From a virus, in the IMG/VR virus record IMGVR_UViG_3300035682_000017, positions 1-64,000 of that record: a stretch of 64,000 bases of DNA, one strand, 5' to 3'. Below, piece after piece: positions 45,201 to 54,133 of the stretch. The notes below the pieces were generated by a model. The model made no database searches. It saw nothing but the letters and a program-made list of their open reading frames with translations, and was not told the origin of the DNA. Each line of letters begins with the position of its first letter. Position 1 is the stretch's first letter. Made by a program: the position numbers and the translations under genes.

Positions 45201-47198
45201 ACGCAGAAAACTTCTAAATCTCCGGTTATATTTGGTGGTGATACATACATTGGAAAATACTCTGAAAAGAATACTTTATTTTATTTTACTAACTGGTTAG
45301 AATCGGTAATGTTAGATGGTGGCATTTTAGATTATACTAAATACATGATGTTTGATTACTCTTCCTTTTGGATGAATACTTCTGAATTTAACATCAATGA
45401 GTTTTATAAAAGTATTGGTGACGGTTTAGTTGCTGCCATGAAAACTTTAAAGTTTGCTACATTTTTTAAAACTATTAAAAGTCCTTCTGATTTTCATTGC
45501 TTTGATAGAAATGGTGGTACAGGATGGATGATGTTGAAAAATGCATACATGTATTTATTTAATTCAGGAGTTAGAAACTTTTTTGTTGAGTCCGAATTAA
45601 ATGTTGATTGTAGAGATTATGAGGATGAGGATGCTAAAAAACATTATCCTATTGAATCAAACTTGTCTAATTTGTTTAACATGCGTACTATTAAAGCGGA
45701 TAACTTTTATAAATTAGATAGAAGTTTATGTGAGTCATTTTTACCGCATTCAAAAACTTCTTGGAGTACTCTTCTTGATACAAAGTATGATCCGACATTG
45801 TCAGAAACTTGTTATACTACAAGAGAGAATAGATTAATTTATTCCTTACCGCAAGAAACATTAAACAAAAAAAATAACTGGTCTGTATTTTTACCAAATA
45901 ATAAAAAAGATTTTACAAGTAAGATTACAGCAATTAAACCTGTAGATAAAACAGGAGCCATGTTGTTTTTTCAAAATGAATCTCCAGCATTACTTCCAGG
46001 AGTTGATGAGTTACAAACTGGAAATGGAATCAAATTGATTGTTGGTGATGGTGGTTTATTTTCAAGAGAACTACAAAGATTAAGTCATACAGAAAGATCT
46101 ATTGAATATGGTTCTTGCCAAGATGGTTTATCTGCTATAAATACACCGTCTGGTATATTTTGGATTAATGCAAACCAAGGAAAGATTTTTAACTACGCTG
46201 GTGGTTTAAAAGAAATCTCATTAAAGAATAATAGATTTTGGTTAAGTAAACATTTACCATTTCAGATATTAGAATCTTTTCCAAATTTTGATGGTGTTAA
46301 TAATCCTTTAACTGGAATTGGTTGTCAAAGTGTATATGATAATGAATACATGTTGGTTTACTTTAGTAAGAAGGATTACAAATTAAAAGATGAGCATAAA
46401 GATAAACCGCATTCTTATGTTGGAAACGGTTTATTTATTGTTGATGGGTATAGTACTTTTATTGATAACCCTTTATATTTTGATGAGTGTTCCTTTACTT
46501 TAAGTTATGATGTAAAAAGTTCTGAATTTATTTCATATCATGATTGGTTTCCTGATTTAACTTTCAGCAGTAAGAACAACTTCCTTACAACAAAAGGTGC
46601 TACAATCTGGAGGCATAATAAAACATGTCAGAAGTATTGTAACTACTATGGTATTGATTATCCATTTGAAGTAGAATTTCAATTAGATACAAAGTTTGCT
46701 GTTTCTACTATTAGAAACATTGAATACTATTTAGAAAGTTATACTTATGCTGATAACTGTTATGATAGATTACATTTACTTGATCATAACTTTGATGAAG
46801 CTGTTGTATATAATTCTGAACAATGTTCTGGTGTTTTAAGAATGAGAGTTGCTCCTAAAAACAATATTACTCAATTGCTACTCTATCCTAAAGTGTCTTA
46901 CAGTTTTATAGAGATTTTATTTTCAAAAGAAGAACAGCAATATAGATTTAATCAGTTTTGGGATATAACAAGAAACAGAGGTGAGTTTCAAGATACCAAT
47001 GAAGTTATGTGGAATACAGAAGCAAATGGTTATATTCGCGAATTAAATACAAAGTATCTTAATTATAAAAAGAATGCATTTCAGTTAAAGAAATTTAGAC
47101 ACTATAACAGTAGGGTTTTACTTAAAAGAAATGTTTGTAATAATGTTGAGATGCTTGTAAATGTTGCGTTTGCTAACCAGCATTTATCACCTAGATAA
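42258..47198 (+). CDS. Tail stabilisation / muzzle protein (P22 gp10-like)
   Basis: 1646 aa; M.TD...YARNA..LSNE.GN start, DGINPTR, IRHHKFP, YGSCQ and FISYHDW motifs; beta-rich. Confidence 0.8.
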   Translation: MAKKKTASASSSTFKSTATFDKAMVTDVNDYHLPENAWTYARNAINNSRKGDIGKLSNEPGNQFCTTAPFNIIGSIHIEKDIWAVFSTNNYLSEIGLFVEGECSYTKLVRSTCLRFKTTNLIIGVAKPNAFCSHELFWDDGINPTRYIDINKIPWLETCEDVDGCKICEPTLDSNDEKILDCEQLRLESIYKTPTAVVKKGVGIGTLNNGTYHVHTAYYVNEQRVTDYTTMSNTISLFTHDNVNGSIDVDIKNLDTNIFDDYELVLVYTVAEKTVARHIGMYSTGVTKVSIDNINLESGVIDSKLLGYITPVPDKSKGVYSTGKYLLRVSPTDKFQFNYQPLANQIRTFWQSVEYPKDYYKNGGINVGHMRDEVYTYFIRWIYNTGDKTPSFHIPGRGPVDYVLTNDDGSKGSTLKENDPLPSSFEKNVIEDYTPKVFEVFNTAYFTKSPNTLLDDGGVVIHEGRMGYYESLELYPDNNPQVWNASSHLWSDSGDDNHDLCGKPIRHHKFPENSLNYSGLYSDITNHYNKTGDKIRVMGVRFENIKPPKDNKGKVIKNIVGYEILRGSRDGNRSVLYKGLINNMFEYDLPSKITSRKGLYANYPFNDLRPDPFISKKKTNYDTAGGLKNLVPNTAYSKKHFTFNSPDVSFGRPFLNANELKIYGIAHGISSGKYAEASDHPKHKFYTDLALGVALIAGVGYAMAKQFGKKVNTYTGWQKNSTALPWNVTGTTVAFTGGTAIGYLPNPKPTAAAAALAAADTVKNNALKGLGILDIFTGTNTKELAQKAYIKSTASAAVMGSMYSSASKNEGFDNVDQTPTALRMMQAIPMFLTNMQDGANSTLELIKAVSPYNQFAHQFISKCEYEEYQAPSANNRRRKIDDSRYTTSQMQDFQSTHIINNLYRPTGVVFNTFKNVENTAIADVSRPDRLSQMADNDKFEFQRRRAASHYVAFKNPDRRQYGQLDSIKMIPTKSEYVEIDLTQKTSKSPVIFGGDTYIGKYSEKNTLFYFTNWLESVMLDGGILDYTKYMMFDYSSFWMNTSEFNINEFYKSIGDGLVAAMKTLKFATFFKTIKSPSDFHCFDRNGGTGWMMLKNAYMYLFNSGVRNFFVESELNVDCRDYEDEDAKKHYPIESNLSNLFNMRTIKADNFYKLDRSLCESFLPHSKTSWSTLLDTKYDPTLSETCYTTRENRLIYSLPQETLNKKNNWSVFLPNNKKDFTSKITAIKPVDKTGAMLFFQNESPALLPGVDELQTGNGIKLIVGDGGLFSRELQRLSHTERSIEYGSCQDGLSAINTPSGIFWINANQGKIFNYAGGLKEISLKNNRFWLSKHLPFQILESFPNFDGVNNPLTGIGCQSVYDNEYMLVYFSKKDYKLKDEHKDKPHSYVGNGLFIVDGYSTFIDNPLYFDECSFTLSYDVKSSEFISYHDWFPDLTFSSKNNFLTTKGATIWRHNKTCQKYCNYYGIDYPFEVEFQLDTKFAVSTIRNIEYYLESYTYADNCYDRLHLLDHNFDEAVVYNSEQCSGVLRMRVAPKNNITQLLLYPKVSYSFIEILFSKEEQQYRFNQFWDITRNRGEFQDTNEVMWNTEANGYIRELNTKYLNYKKNAFQLKKFRHYNSRVLLKRNVCNNVEMLVNVAFANQHLSPR

Positions 47199-47245
47199 AT
47201 ATTAATTAGTTAAGTATTGTAAAAAATTTTTAGTATATTAAAAGT

Positions 47246-50200
47246 ATGGCGAAGAAAGTATTAGATAATAAACCTACATTGGATGAATACATTAAGGTGT
47301 ATGAACAATCTCTGGCTTTAGAGAATTCTTTAAAATCTAATCCTGATTATAAGTTAACTGCGGCTTTTCCAGCTAAAACAGATTGGTTAAAAAATTTACG
47401 TATTGCTAGTGATAATTATGAAGCTGACACTAATCCAAAGCATCCATATTTTTCACGACTATTAAGTAATCCTTATCTATCAAAAGAAGATAAAGCACAA
47501 ATACTAGAAAACTCTAAAAAATATACACCGGGCTTTTATTATAAAGAAGAAACTCCAAATACTTTTTATCAAAGAGAATTATCTTTTGGTAATATTAATG
47601 ATGAGTTTCCAATGGCATATTACGATACAAGAATTAAACCTACTTTACAAGTTGTTTATCAAAGAGAGGGAGCTGGAGAATTACAAGATCGTGTTCAAAT
47701 GTATAAGTATGATCTTCCTGTTTTAAGAGAACAAGTTGTTAAATTATTTCCAGAAGCAGAAGAAAAACTAAAAGCTGTAGAACAAAAGTTTAATAAACCT
47801 GTTGCTACTACTCAAGCTGCACAACCAGTACAATCAGGATACCCTTCTGGGTATGCTCCATATAGTTTGTATGGAAAAGTTCTTGATCCAAAAGTTTATG
47901 GCTATGGAGAAAGTACAAGTGGTACTCCTATTCAAGTAGCTCAATTTTTAGATACTTATGGGTTGCAAAGAAAAATGAAAGAGTATTCAAAAGATAATTC
48001 TTTTCCATGGTCAGCACAAAAAGAAACTACTTTTGATAATGGAGGTATGGTTTTAAAACGTGACATACAAAAAAATGCAGCTTTAGTTCCTAAACAAAAA
48101 ACTGTTACTCTTGATACACATGATAATGAATATTCCAATACACCTAAAATTAGAGATGCGGATAAAACTTATTATGATGATACAACTGGTACAATTTATT
48201 TATCTCCGGAAGATGCAAAAAATAATGATGTAATTAAAGATCTTGAAGCTCAACATTATAAGTTACAAAAATACAAAGACTTGGATAAACAAGGTGTTGC
48301 ATTTAAAGAAAAGAATAGAGTTAAATCTTTTCAAAGTGTTCCTTTTGATAGCAATTTTAATTTTAACTTTAATACAGATACAAAACAGGAAGCTGATAAT
48401 AGAAAACAAATTACTGGAGTTAATACTTCTTTAGATGTTAATACTCCATTTGGTTTAAGTGTTGGTGCAGATGCATCATTTAAAAAAGATGCAGATAGAG
48501 TTTTGTTTGCTTTAAAAAATCAAAGAGTTGGGTTGCAAGGAAATGCAGGTAATTATAGTTTTGGTGTTAATGCAAATAACAGTTTTGATGAAAATGGTAA
48601 ACCTTTATTCAATCCTAATACTACAGCATTTATTCAAAAAAATAATTTTAGAGTAGAAGGTAATAATAGTTTTCAAAAACAAGAAGATGGTACTTACAGT
48701 TTTAATCCAAATGCAACATTTTCTTATGATGATGGAAGAAATTCGGTAGCAGTAAAGCAAGAGTTTGCAAAAGGTGAAGATGGTAAATGGAAAACTACAC
48801 CTAGCTTTTCTGGAAATTTTAAAAGAGGAAATTGGGATTTTGGTCAAAGTGTTTCTCCTTTTAGAGATGAAGAAGGTAATCTTAATACAGAGGCATCTAC
48901 TTCAATAGGATATACTAGTCCAACTGAAAGATTTAATGTTGGTGCTACTAGAAACACTTCTAGTTTTAATAACGAATCTCCACAATTTAATAGTGGAAAT
49001 CTTAATATGTCTTATATGCAACCTGTTGGTAGAAATGTAAACTTAAATGTTTCTGGTTCCAATGAGTTTACAAAAGAAGATATGTTAAATCCTAATTTAA
49101 AACTAGGAGTTAATTATGGTGGAAAAAATAATCCTATGTCAATTAACATAGGTAATGAATTTAAAGAAGGATCATTATTTAATCCAACTGTAGGATTTAG
49201 ATACAAATTAAAAAAAGGCGGTCCTATAAAAAAAGAATTGCCTGATGATTATAATAATTTTTTAAACTTTAATAAAACTCTTCCTTCAAATTTACAAGAT
49301 CCAAATTTTGAATATGGTAATCCTAATCATTATGACTTGTATGGTTTATGGGAAAGTTTAGGAAAGTCTAAAGATTTTAATCAAGCTGTAAAAAATAATC
49401 CTGATTGGCAACCTGATGAAGAAGATGGACTATATCATGGATTTACTGTTAATACAAATGGTGTATTTTTAAAACCTGCAAACCATCCAACTACTTATAA
49501 AGAAGTTATGATGGCTAGTTTAAATACAGATCCTTATTTTAAGGAAAATACAATTATAATGAACGAGGATGGTAGATTGCAATATGTACCACGTAAAAAA
49601 AATGGAGGAACTATGAATGAGCAATTAATGCAACAAGTGCAACAGATGATTGAACAAGGCGCATCTAAAGGAGATGTAGCTCAACAATTAATGGCAGCTG
49701 TACAAGAAGGACAGTTAGACCAAGAATCAGTTATGCAAGTATTTCAGCAATTAGGAATTACTGAACAAGATTTACAACAAGTACAGCAACCGCAACAACC
49801 TTCTGAAGCTCAACAACAAGTTATGGCTTTAGGTGGTATGCCTAGATTTCCTAATGGAGGACAACCTTCTCCAGAAGAAATGGCTATGATGCAACAGCAA
49901 CAAGCTCAACAACAAGGTGCGCCTCAAGAGCAACAACAAGGAGGTGGTGATCAAATGCAACAAGTAATGCAAATGGTTCAGCAAATGGTTCAACAAGGTG
50001 CACAACCTGTTGATATAGTGCAAGCCTTACTGCAAAATCAATTACCACCTGAAGCAATTATGCAAGTGCTTACTCAAATGGGTATGGAACCTGAAGAAGC
50101 GCAAGCAACTATTCAGCAAGTAATGCAAGGTGGTCAACAACAACCACAACAGCAACAAGGTCCTGGTGAAGAACAAGTAGAAGGTGAATCTTCCAATCCT

Positions 50201-51862
50201 GAAGAAGAAGAAGAGGAGCAACAAGAACTTCCTCAACAAGCTTTTGGTAGTCAATTGAAAAAATTAATTTCAAATCACTCTAAAAGTGAACTTACTTCTG
50301 AAGTGGATTCTGACATTCATTCTGCAACTAGAAATTTAAAATTTGCAAATACGCTTAGAAAGAATGCACATGAGGCAATGCTAAATGAAGCTTTTGATTT
50401 TCCTAGTTTAAAAAATAATTCTAACTCTAACTCTTTACCACAAGCTGCTTGGGGGGATGATTTGAAAGCACTTCAAGATAAATATAAAGATGATGCTGAA
50501 TATAAAAAATATTTAGATGAGCAAAAGGCTTATACTGATTGGAAAACAAATCAAGGACAACAAGGTCAAGGACAAGGGCAACCAGGTGTAAATAATATTT
50601 ATTATGTAAATGATCCTAGAGGTGGTGGTTCACAATCAACTTATCAAAATCCTGGAGCATTTTCAAGATTATTTAATAACTCTGGTTGGACTTCAGATAG
50701 ATTAGGTTTTGATTTTTCAAATCTTCCTTTATCCAATGATCCAGATGCTAAATACAATGTAACTGCTATAACTCCTGAAAAAGGAATTTTGGGTAGAAGA
50801 AAAGTAAGGTATGATATTAATTGGGGAACAACTCCTAATGATGCTTCAACAACTGGTACAGGTGCAACAGGTACAACTCCTGCGGTTGAACCTTTATCTG
50901 ATAGACAAATAAGAAGAGGTAGAAGAAAATTTGATAATGAATATGAAGATGCTTTAGATGAAAAAATTGACGGTGTTAATAAAAATCAATCAAAAGCAGA
51001 CCAATTTACTGATAAGTGGAATGCAGCTAACGACTTAATAAATTCTAAAGAGTCTACTAAATTTAAAGATCAAGTAAATCCATATGATGCACCTAACCCA
51101 CTTCTTGCTGAAAAGTATTTTGAAGGTGATGACAATATTTCCAGAAGAGATATTAAAGGTTATTATAAAGAAGCTTATCCGAATATGCCTCGTAAAGATG
51201 TAAGACAACTAGCAAGAGAATCTGCTGAAAACAAAGTGGTTATTGGTACTAATAGTAACTATGAAATTCCAGCAAGTCAAGATGATGCAAACGGTATAGG
51301 TGACTTCTTTAGAAATACTGCTTATAATGTTCGTACTGGTATTAGTAATGCATTTGGTCATTTAAGTAATAAATCTTACGGAGGTTTAATTCAAGCTGGT
51401 CCAGGTATTAACATGGAAGATCCAATGGTTAGAGGATATAGTACAGATGAAGATAAACCTGCTACAGCTTTAAATCAAAAAGGAAGCGTTACTGTAAAAG
51501 AAAAGTTTAAATTGGATAAGGATGCTTTTGCAGATGCTTCTAAATTAACTGCGGATACAATCTCTTCTAGCTTAAATAGAGCAGATTTACAAGAAAGAGC
51601 AAATGATCCTGAACAATATTCAGCTGTGAATAGATTCAGTCCAACTGCTTATTCACATGCTTCAAGCGGTTTATATGATGAGCAAGGTAATTTTAAACCT
51701 AACAACGTAGGTGCTACAACTATATTCAATCCAACAAATGCAGAAGGTAGTTTTTATAAACAATTGTTTGCACTTGGTGGAGGTGTAAATAAAATAACTT
51801 TTACAGATGAAGAGTTACAAGTTTTAAAAGACGCAGGTTATAATACTGATGACTTAATCTAA
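47246..51862 (+). CDS. Large mosaic internal (cargo) protein with beta-barrel-like and Gln-rich segments
   Basis: 1538 aa after the muzzle gene; modules separated by xxxGG motifs. Confidence 0.7.
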   Translation: MAKKVLDNKPTLDEYIKVYEQSLALENSLKSNPDYKLTAAFPAKTDWLKNLRIASDNYEADTNPKHPYFSRLLSNPYLSKEDKAQILENSKKYTPGFYYKEETPNTFYQRELSFGNINDEFPMAYYDTRIKPTLQVVYQREGAGELQDRVQMYKYDLPVLREQVVKLFPEAEEKLKAVEQKFNKPVATTQAAQPVQSGYPSGYAPYSLYGKVLDPKVYGYGESTSGTPIQVAQFLDTYGLQRKMKEYSKDNSFPWSAQKETTFDNGGMVLKRDIQKNAALVPKQKTVTLDTHDNEYSNTPKIRDADKTYYDDTTGTIYLSPEDAKNNDVIKDLEAQHYKLQKYKDLDKQGVAFKEKNRVKSFQSVPFDSNFNFNFNTDTKQEADNRKQITGVNTSLDVNTPFGLSVGADASFKKDADRVLFALKNQRVGLQGNAGNYSFGVNANNSFDENGKPLFNPNTTAFIQKNNFRVEGNNSFQKQEDGTYSFNPNATFSYDDGRNSVAVKQEFAKGEDGKWKTTPSFSGNFKRGNWDFGQSVSPFRDEEGNLNTEASTSIGYTSPTERFNVGATRNTSSFNNESPQFNSGNLNMSYMQPVGRNVNLNVSGSNEFTKEDMLNPNLKLGVNYGGKNNPMSINIGNEFKEGSLFNPTVGFRYKLKKGGPIKKELPDDYNNFLNFNKTLPSNLQDPNFEYGNPNHYDLYGLWESLGKSKDFNQAVKNNPDWQPDEEDGLYHGFTVNTNGVFLKPANHPTTYKEVMMASLNTDPYFKENTIIMNEDGRLQYVPRKKNGGTMNEQLMQQVQQMIEQGASKGDVAQQLMAAVQEGQLDQESVMQVFQQLGITEQDLQQVQQPQQPSEAQQQVMALGGMPRFPNGGQPSPEEMAMMQQQQAQQQGAPQEQQQGGGDQMQQVMQMVQQMVQQGAQPVDIVQALLQNQLPPEAIMQVLTQMGMEPEEAQATIQQVMQGGQQQPQQQQGPGEEQVEGESSNPEEEEEEQQELPQQAFGSQLKKLISNHSKSELTSEVDSDIHSATRNLKFANTLRKNAHEAMLNEAFDFPSLKNNSNSNSLPQAAWGDDLKALQDKYKDDAEYKKYLDEQKAYTDWKTNQGQQGQGQGQPGVNNIYYVNDPRGGGSQSTYQNPGAFSRLFNNSGWTSDRLGFDFSNLPLSNDPDAKYNVTAITPEKGILGRRKVRYDINWGTTPNDASTTGTGATGTTPAVEPLSDRQIRRGRRKFDNEYEDALDEKIDGVNKNQSKADQFTDKWNAANDLINSKESTKFKDQVNPYDAPNPLLAEKYFEGDDNISRRDIKGYYKEAYPNMPRKDVRQLARESAENKVVIGTNSNYEIPASQDDANGIGDFFRNTAYNVRTGISNAFGHLSNKSYGGLIQAGPGINMEDPMVRGYSTDEDKPATALNQKGSVTVKEKFKLDKDAFADASKLTADTISSSLNRADLQERANDPEQYSAVNRFSPTAYSHASSGLYDEQGNFKPNNVGATTIFNPTNAEGSFYKQLFALGGGVNKITFTDEELQVLKDAGYNTDDLI

Positions 51863-51867
51863 TTACA

Positions 51868-54084
51868 ATGAGAAATTTAAAACAAAATATTAATACTACT
51901 TTAAAACCAGAAGATAGAAAAAAATCTAATGTTGAAGTAGAAAAAGGAGAAATTGTATTTACTAAAAAGGATCCTAATTCAAACATGTTTGAGCTTTATT
52001 TAGCTGGTGGAAAAAAACATGGTTCTGGAGGAACGCCATTAAATTTACCAGTAGGGGATGGTGAAAATAAAGGATCATCTTTTATATTTTCAGATAGATT
52101 GAAAGTTAAAGATAAAGATGCTTTAGATTTTTTTGGATTTGAAACCAATAAGAAAATAACAATAGCTGATTTAATCAGACCATTGGTAGATGTTGTAAAC
52201 AAATCTAAATCTATTTTGTTAGATAAAAATGCAGATAAAATCTCTAAAGGTTCTGCAGAAAAAAATCTTGAAAATGCTAGATTTAAAATTGATGCTGCAA
52301 AGTTATATCAAGAATCTCTTAAAGGGATGAAAGATGTTCCAGAAGCAGAATCATTTTTTGAAAAAACAGCATTAAGTCCAGAAAAGGTTTTTGGAATTGA
52401 TCCTAAACAACAAGAGCAAGCACATGAAGCTATCAAAATGGCTTTAGGTGGAATGATGCAAAATGCAAACTCACCGAGTTTTGATTTTGGTGGAGATCCT
52501 CAAATACATTATTATGAAGATCCTGAACCAGAATATTCACCATCTCCATTCTTTATGGCAGAAGGTGGACAACTTCCTAAATATCCAGGTGGAACTTCTG
52601 TTAGAAGAAGAAAAACTATTGTGTTTGATTCAAAAAGTGGACCAGGTACAGTTAGTCAATGGGTTAATAGTGATGCAAAAAATAAAGAATTGGATGAAAA
52701 AGCAAATGCTATTATTGAAGCTGGTATTGCAAAAGGTGAAATTAAATATAATGAAAACACTGGAAACATTGAGCTTTTAGGAAACTTTTCTCCGACCTTT
52801 GCTGAAAGAATGATTATTACAAAAGTATTTAATCAAGCTGGTGAAAAAAAACTTGCCACTACTCAATTCAATGTAACTAATCAAAAACCTGGAAGATACT
52901 CTAAAGCAAATTCAAAAGGTACGTTAGAAGGAACTGGTTCATTTGTTGCAGGATTTACTCCTGAAATGTATGAGCAAAAATATATGTATTCAAAAGCTCT
53001 TGCTGAAGGTAAATCTGAAGAGGAAGCATTAAAATTTGCGGATGCACATAGATCTACAAAAGAATCAAGAGCAGAGTTTACTAAGTATTTAGGACTAAAC
53101 ATTCCAGATGCAGATTTAGCAGATGACAAATGGTATGATAAAAACTATGATAAAATTACTTCTGGTATTGAAGCAACATTTCCAAAAGATCAATATAGAA
53201 AGTATAAAGGTAATGATGGTACTTCAGGGTTTGACCACTTTGATGCAATTGGATTTAAAGCTAAAAAACCTATAGAAAGTTTACCAGGAACTAGTAATGA
53301 TAAAGATACTTCTGTTACAACTGTTGATCATGTTAATCCTAATGTGGGAGCTACTCCTTTTGGTTATAGACAAGAAGATATTAATTTATTAAATAGAGGT
53401 TTAGAACGTAAAAATGAAATAGGTGCATTGCTTCCTATACAAGCATCATTTAATGCTGTCATTCCTAAAGTGCCATACTATTCTCCTGAAAGAGCTCTTG
53501 CTTCAAATAAAGAAGACATGGCGCAAGCTATTGCTGGAATTAAAACTTTTTCTGATCCTAATGCGGCAGCTGCTAATGCAATGGCTGTATACAATGAAGG
53601 CTACAAAAAATCCATGAATATAATTGACAATGTTTCTGATAAGAATATTAATCAAGAATCTATTTATGAACAAAGCAAAGCACAAATTCTAAACCAGTTT
53701 AATCAAGCTGATGCTGCTTCTGATGTACTCTATACAGATAAGGTAAATTCTACAATGCAAAATGTTAGAGATGCTTTAAGTACAGCCAAAGATGCGATTG
53801 TAGGTTATAAGAATTCAGCACTTACTAATGCTTCTGATATTTACAATGTTAACCAAATGCAAGAGCACTATAAGAAGAATCCTGTTACTGGTAAGATTGA
53901 CTTTGCTCCAGGATACGATCCATTTGCAGCATCTAAAAGTTCTACTACTACTGCGTATGATGAGTTCAATTCAATTAAAAGTAAATACAAAAATATGCCT
54001 GATGAACTTGCTGTTAAACTAGTAGCTATTCAAATGGGTAAAAACACAGATAAGACGGTAGCAGATCCAGATGAAAAAATTTAA
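51868..54084 (+). CDS. Internal virion (cargo) protein
   Basis: 738 aa; NVEVEKGE...GKKHGSGG...FIFSDRL domain typical of crAss-like cargo proteins. Confidence 0.7.
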   Translation: MRNLKQNINTTLKPEDRKKSNVEVEKGEIVFTKKDPNSNMFELYLAGGKKHGSGGTPLNLPVGDGENKGSSFIFSDRLKVKDKDALDFFGFETNKKITIADLIRPLVDVVNKSKSILLDKNADKISKGSAEKNLENARFKIDAAKLYQESLKGMKDVPEAESFFEKTALSPEKVFGIDPKQQEQAHEAIKMALGGMMQNANSPSFDFGGDPQIHYYEDPEPEYSPSPFFMAEGGQLPKYPGGTSVRRRKTIVFDSKSGPGTVSQWVNSDAKNKELDEKANAIIEAGIAKGEIKYNENTGNIELLGNFSPTFAERMIITKVFNQAGEKKLATTQFNVTNQKPGRYSKANSKGTLEGTGSFVAGFTPEMYEQKYMYSKALAEGKSEEEALKFADAHRSTKESRAEFTKYLGLNIPDADLADDKWYDKNYDKITSGIEATFPKDQYRKYKGNDGTSGFDHFDAIGFKAKKPIESLPGTSNDKDTSVTTVDHVNPNVGATPFGYRQEDINLLNRGLERKNEIGALLPIQASFNAVIPKVPYYSPERALASNKEDMAQAIAGIKTFSDPNAAAANAMAVYNEGYKKSMNIIDNVSDKNINQESIYEQSKAQILNQFNQADAASDVLYTDKVNSTMQNVRDALSTAKDAIVGYKNSALTNASDIYNVNQMQEHYKKNPVTGKIDFAPGYDPFAASKSSTTTAYDEFNSIKSKYKNMPDELAVKLVAIQMGKNTDKTVADPDEKI

Positions 54085-54133
54085 ACAATTTTTAGTTAAT
54101 TTTTAATTAATATATTTACAAAAACATTATTAC

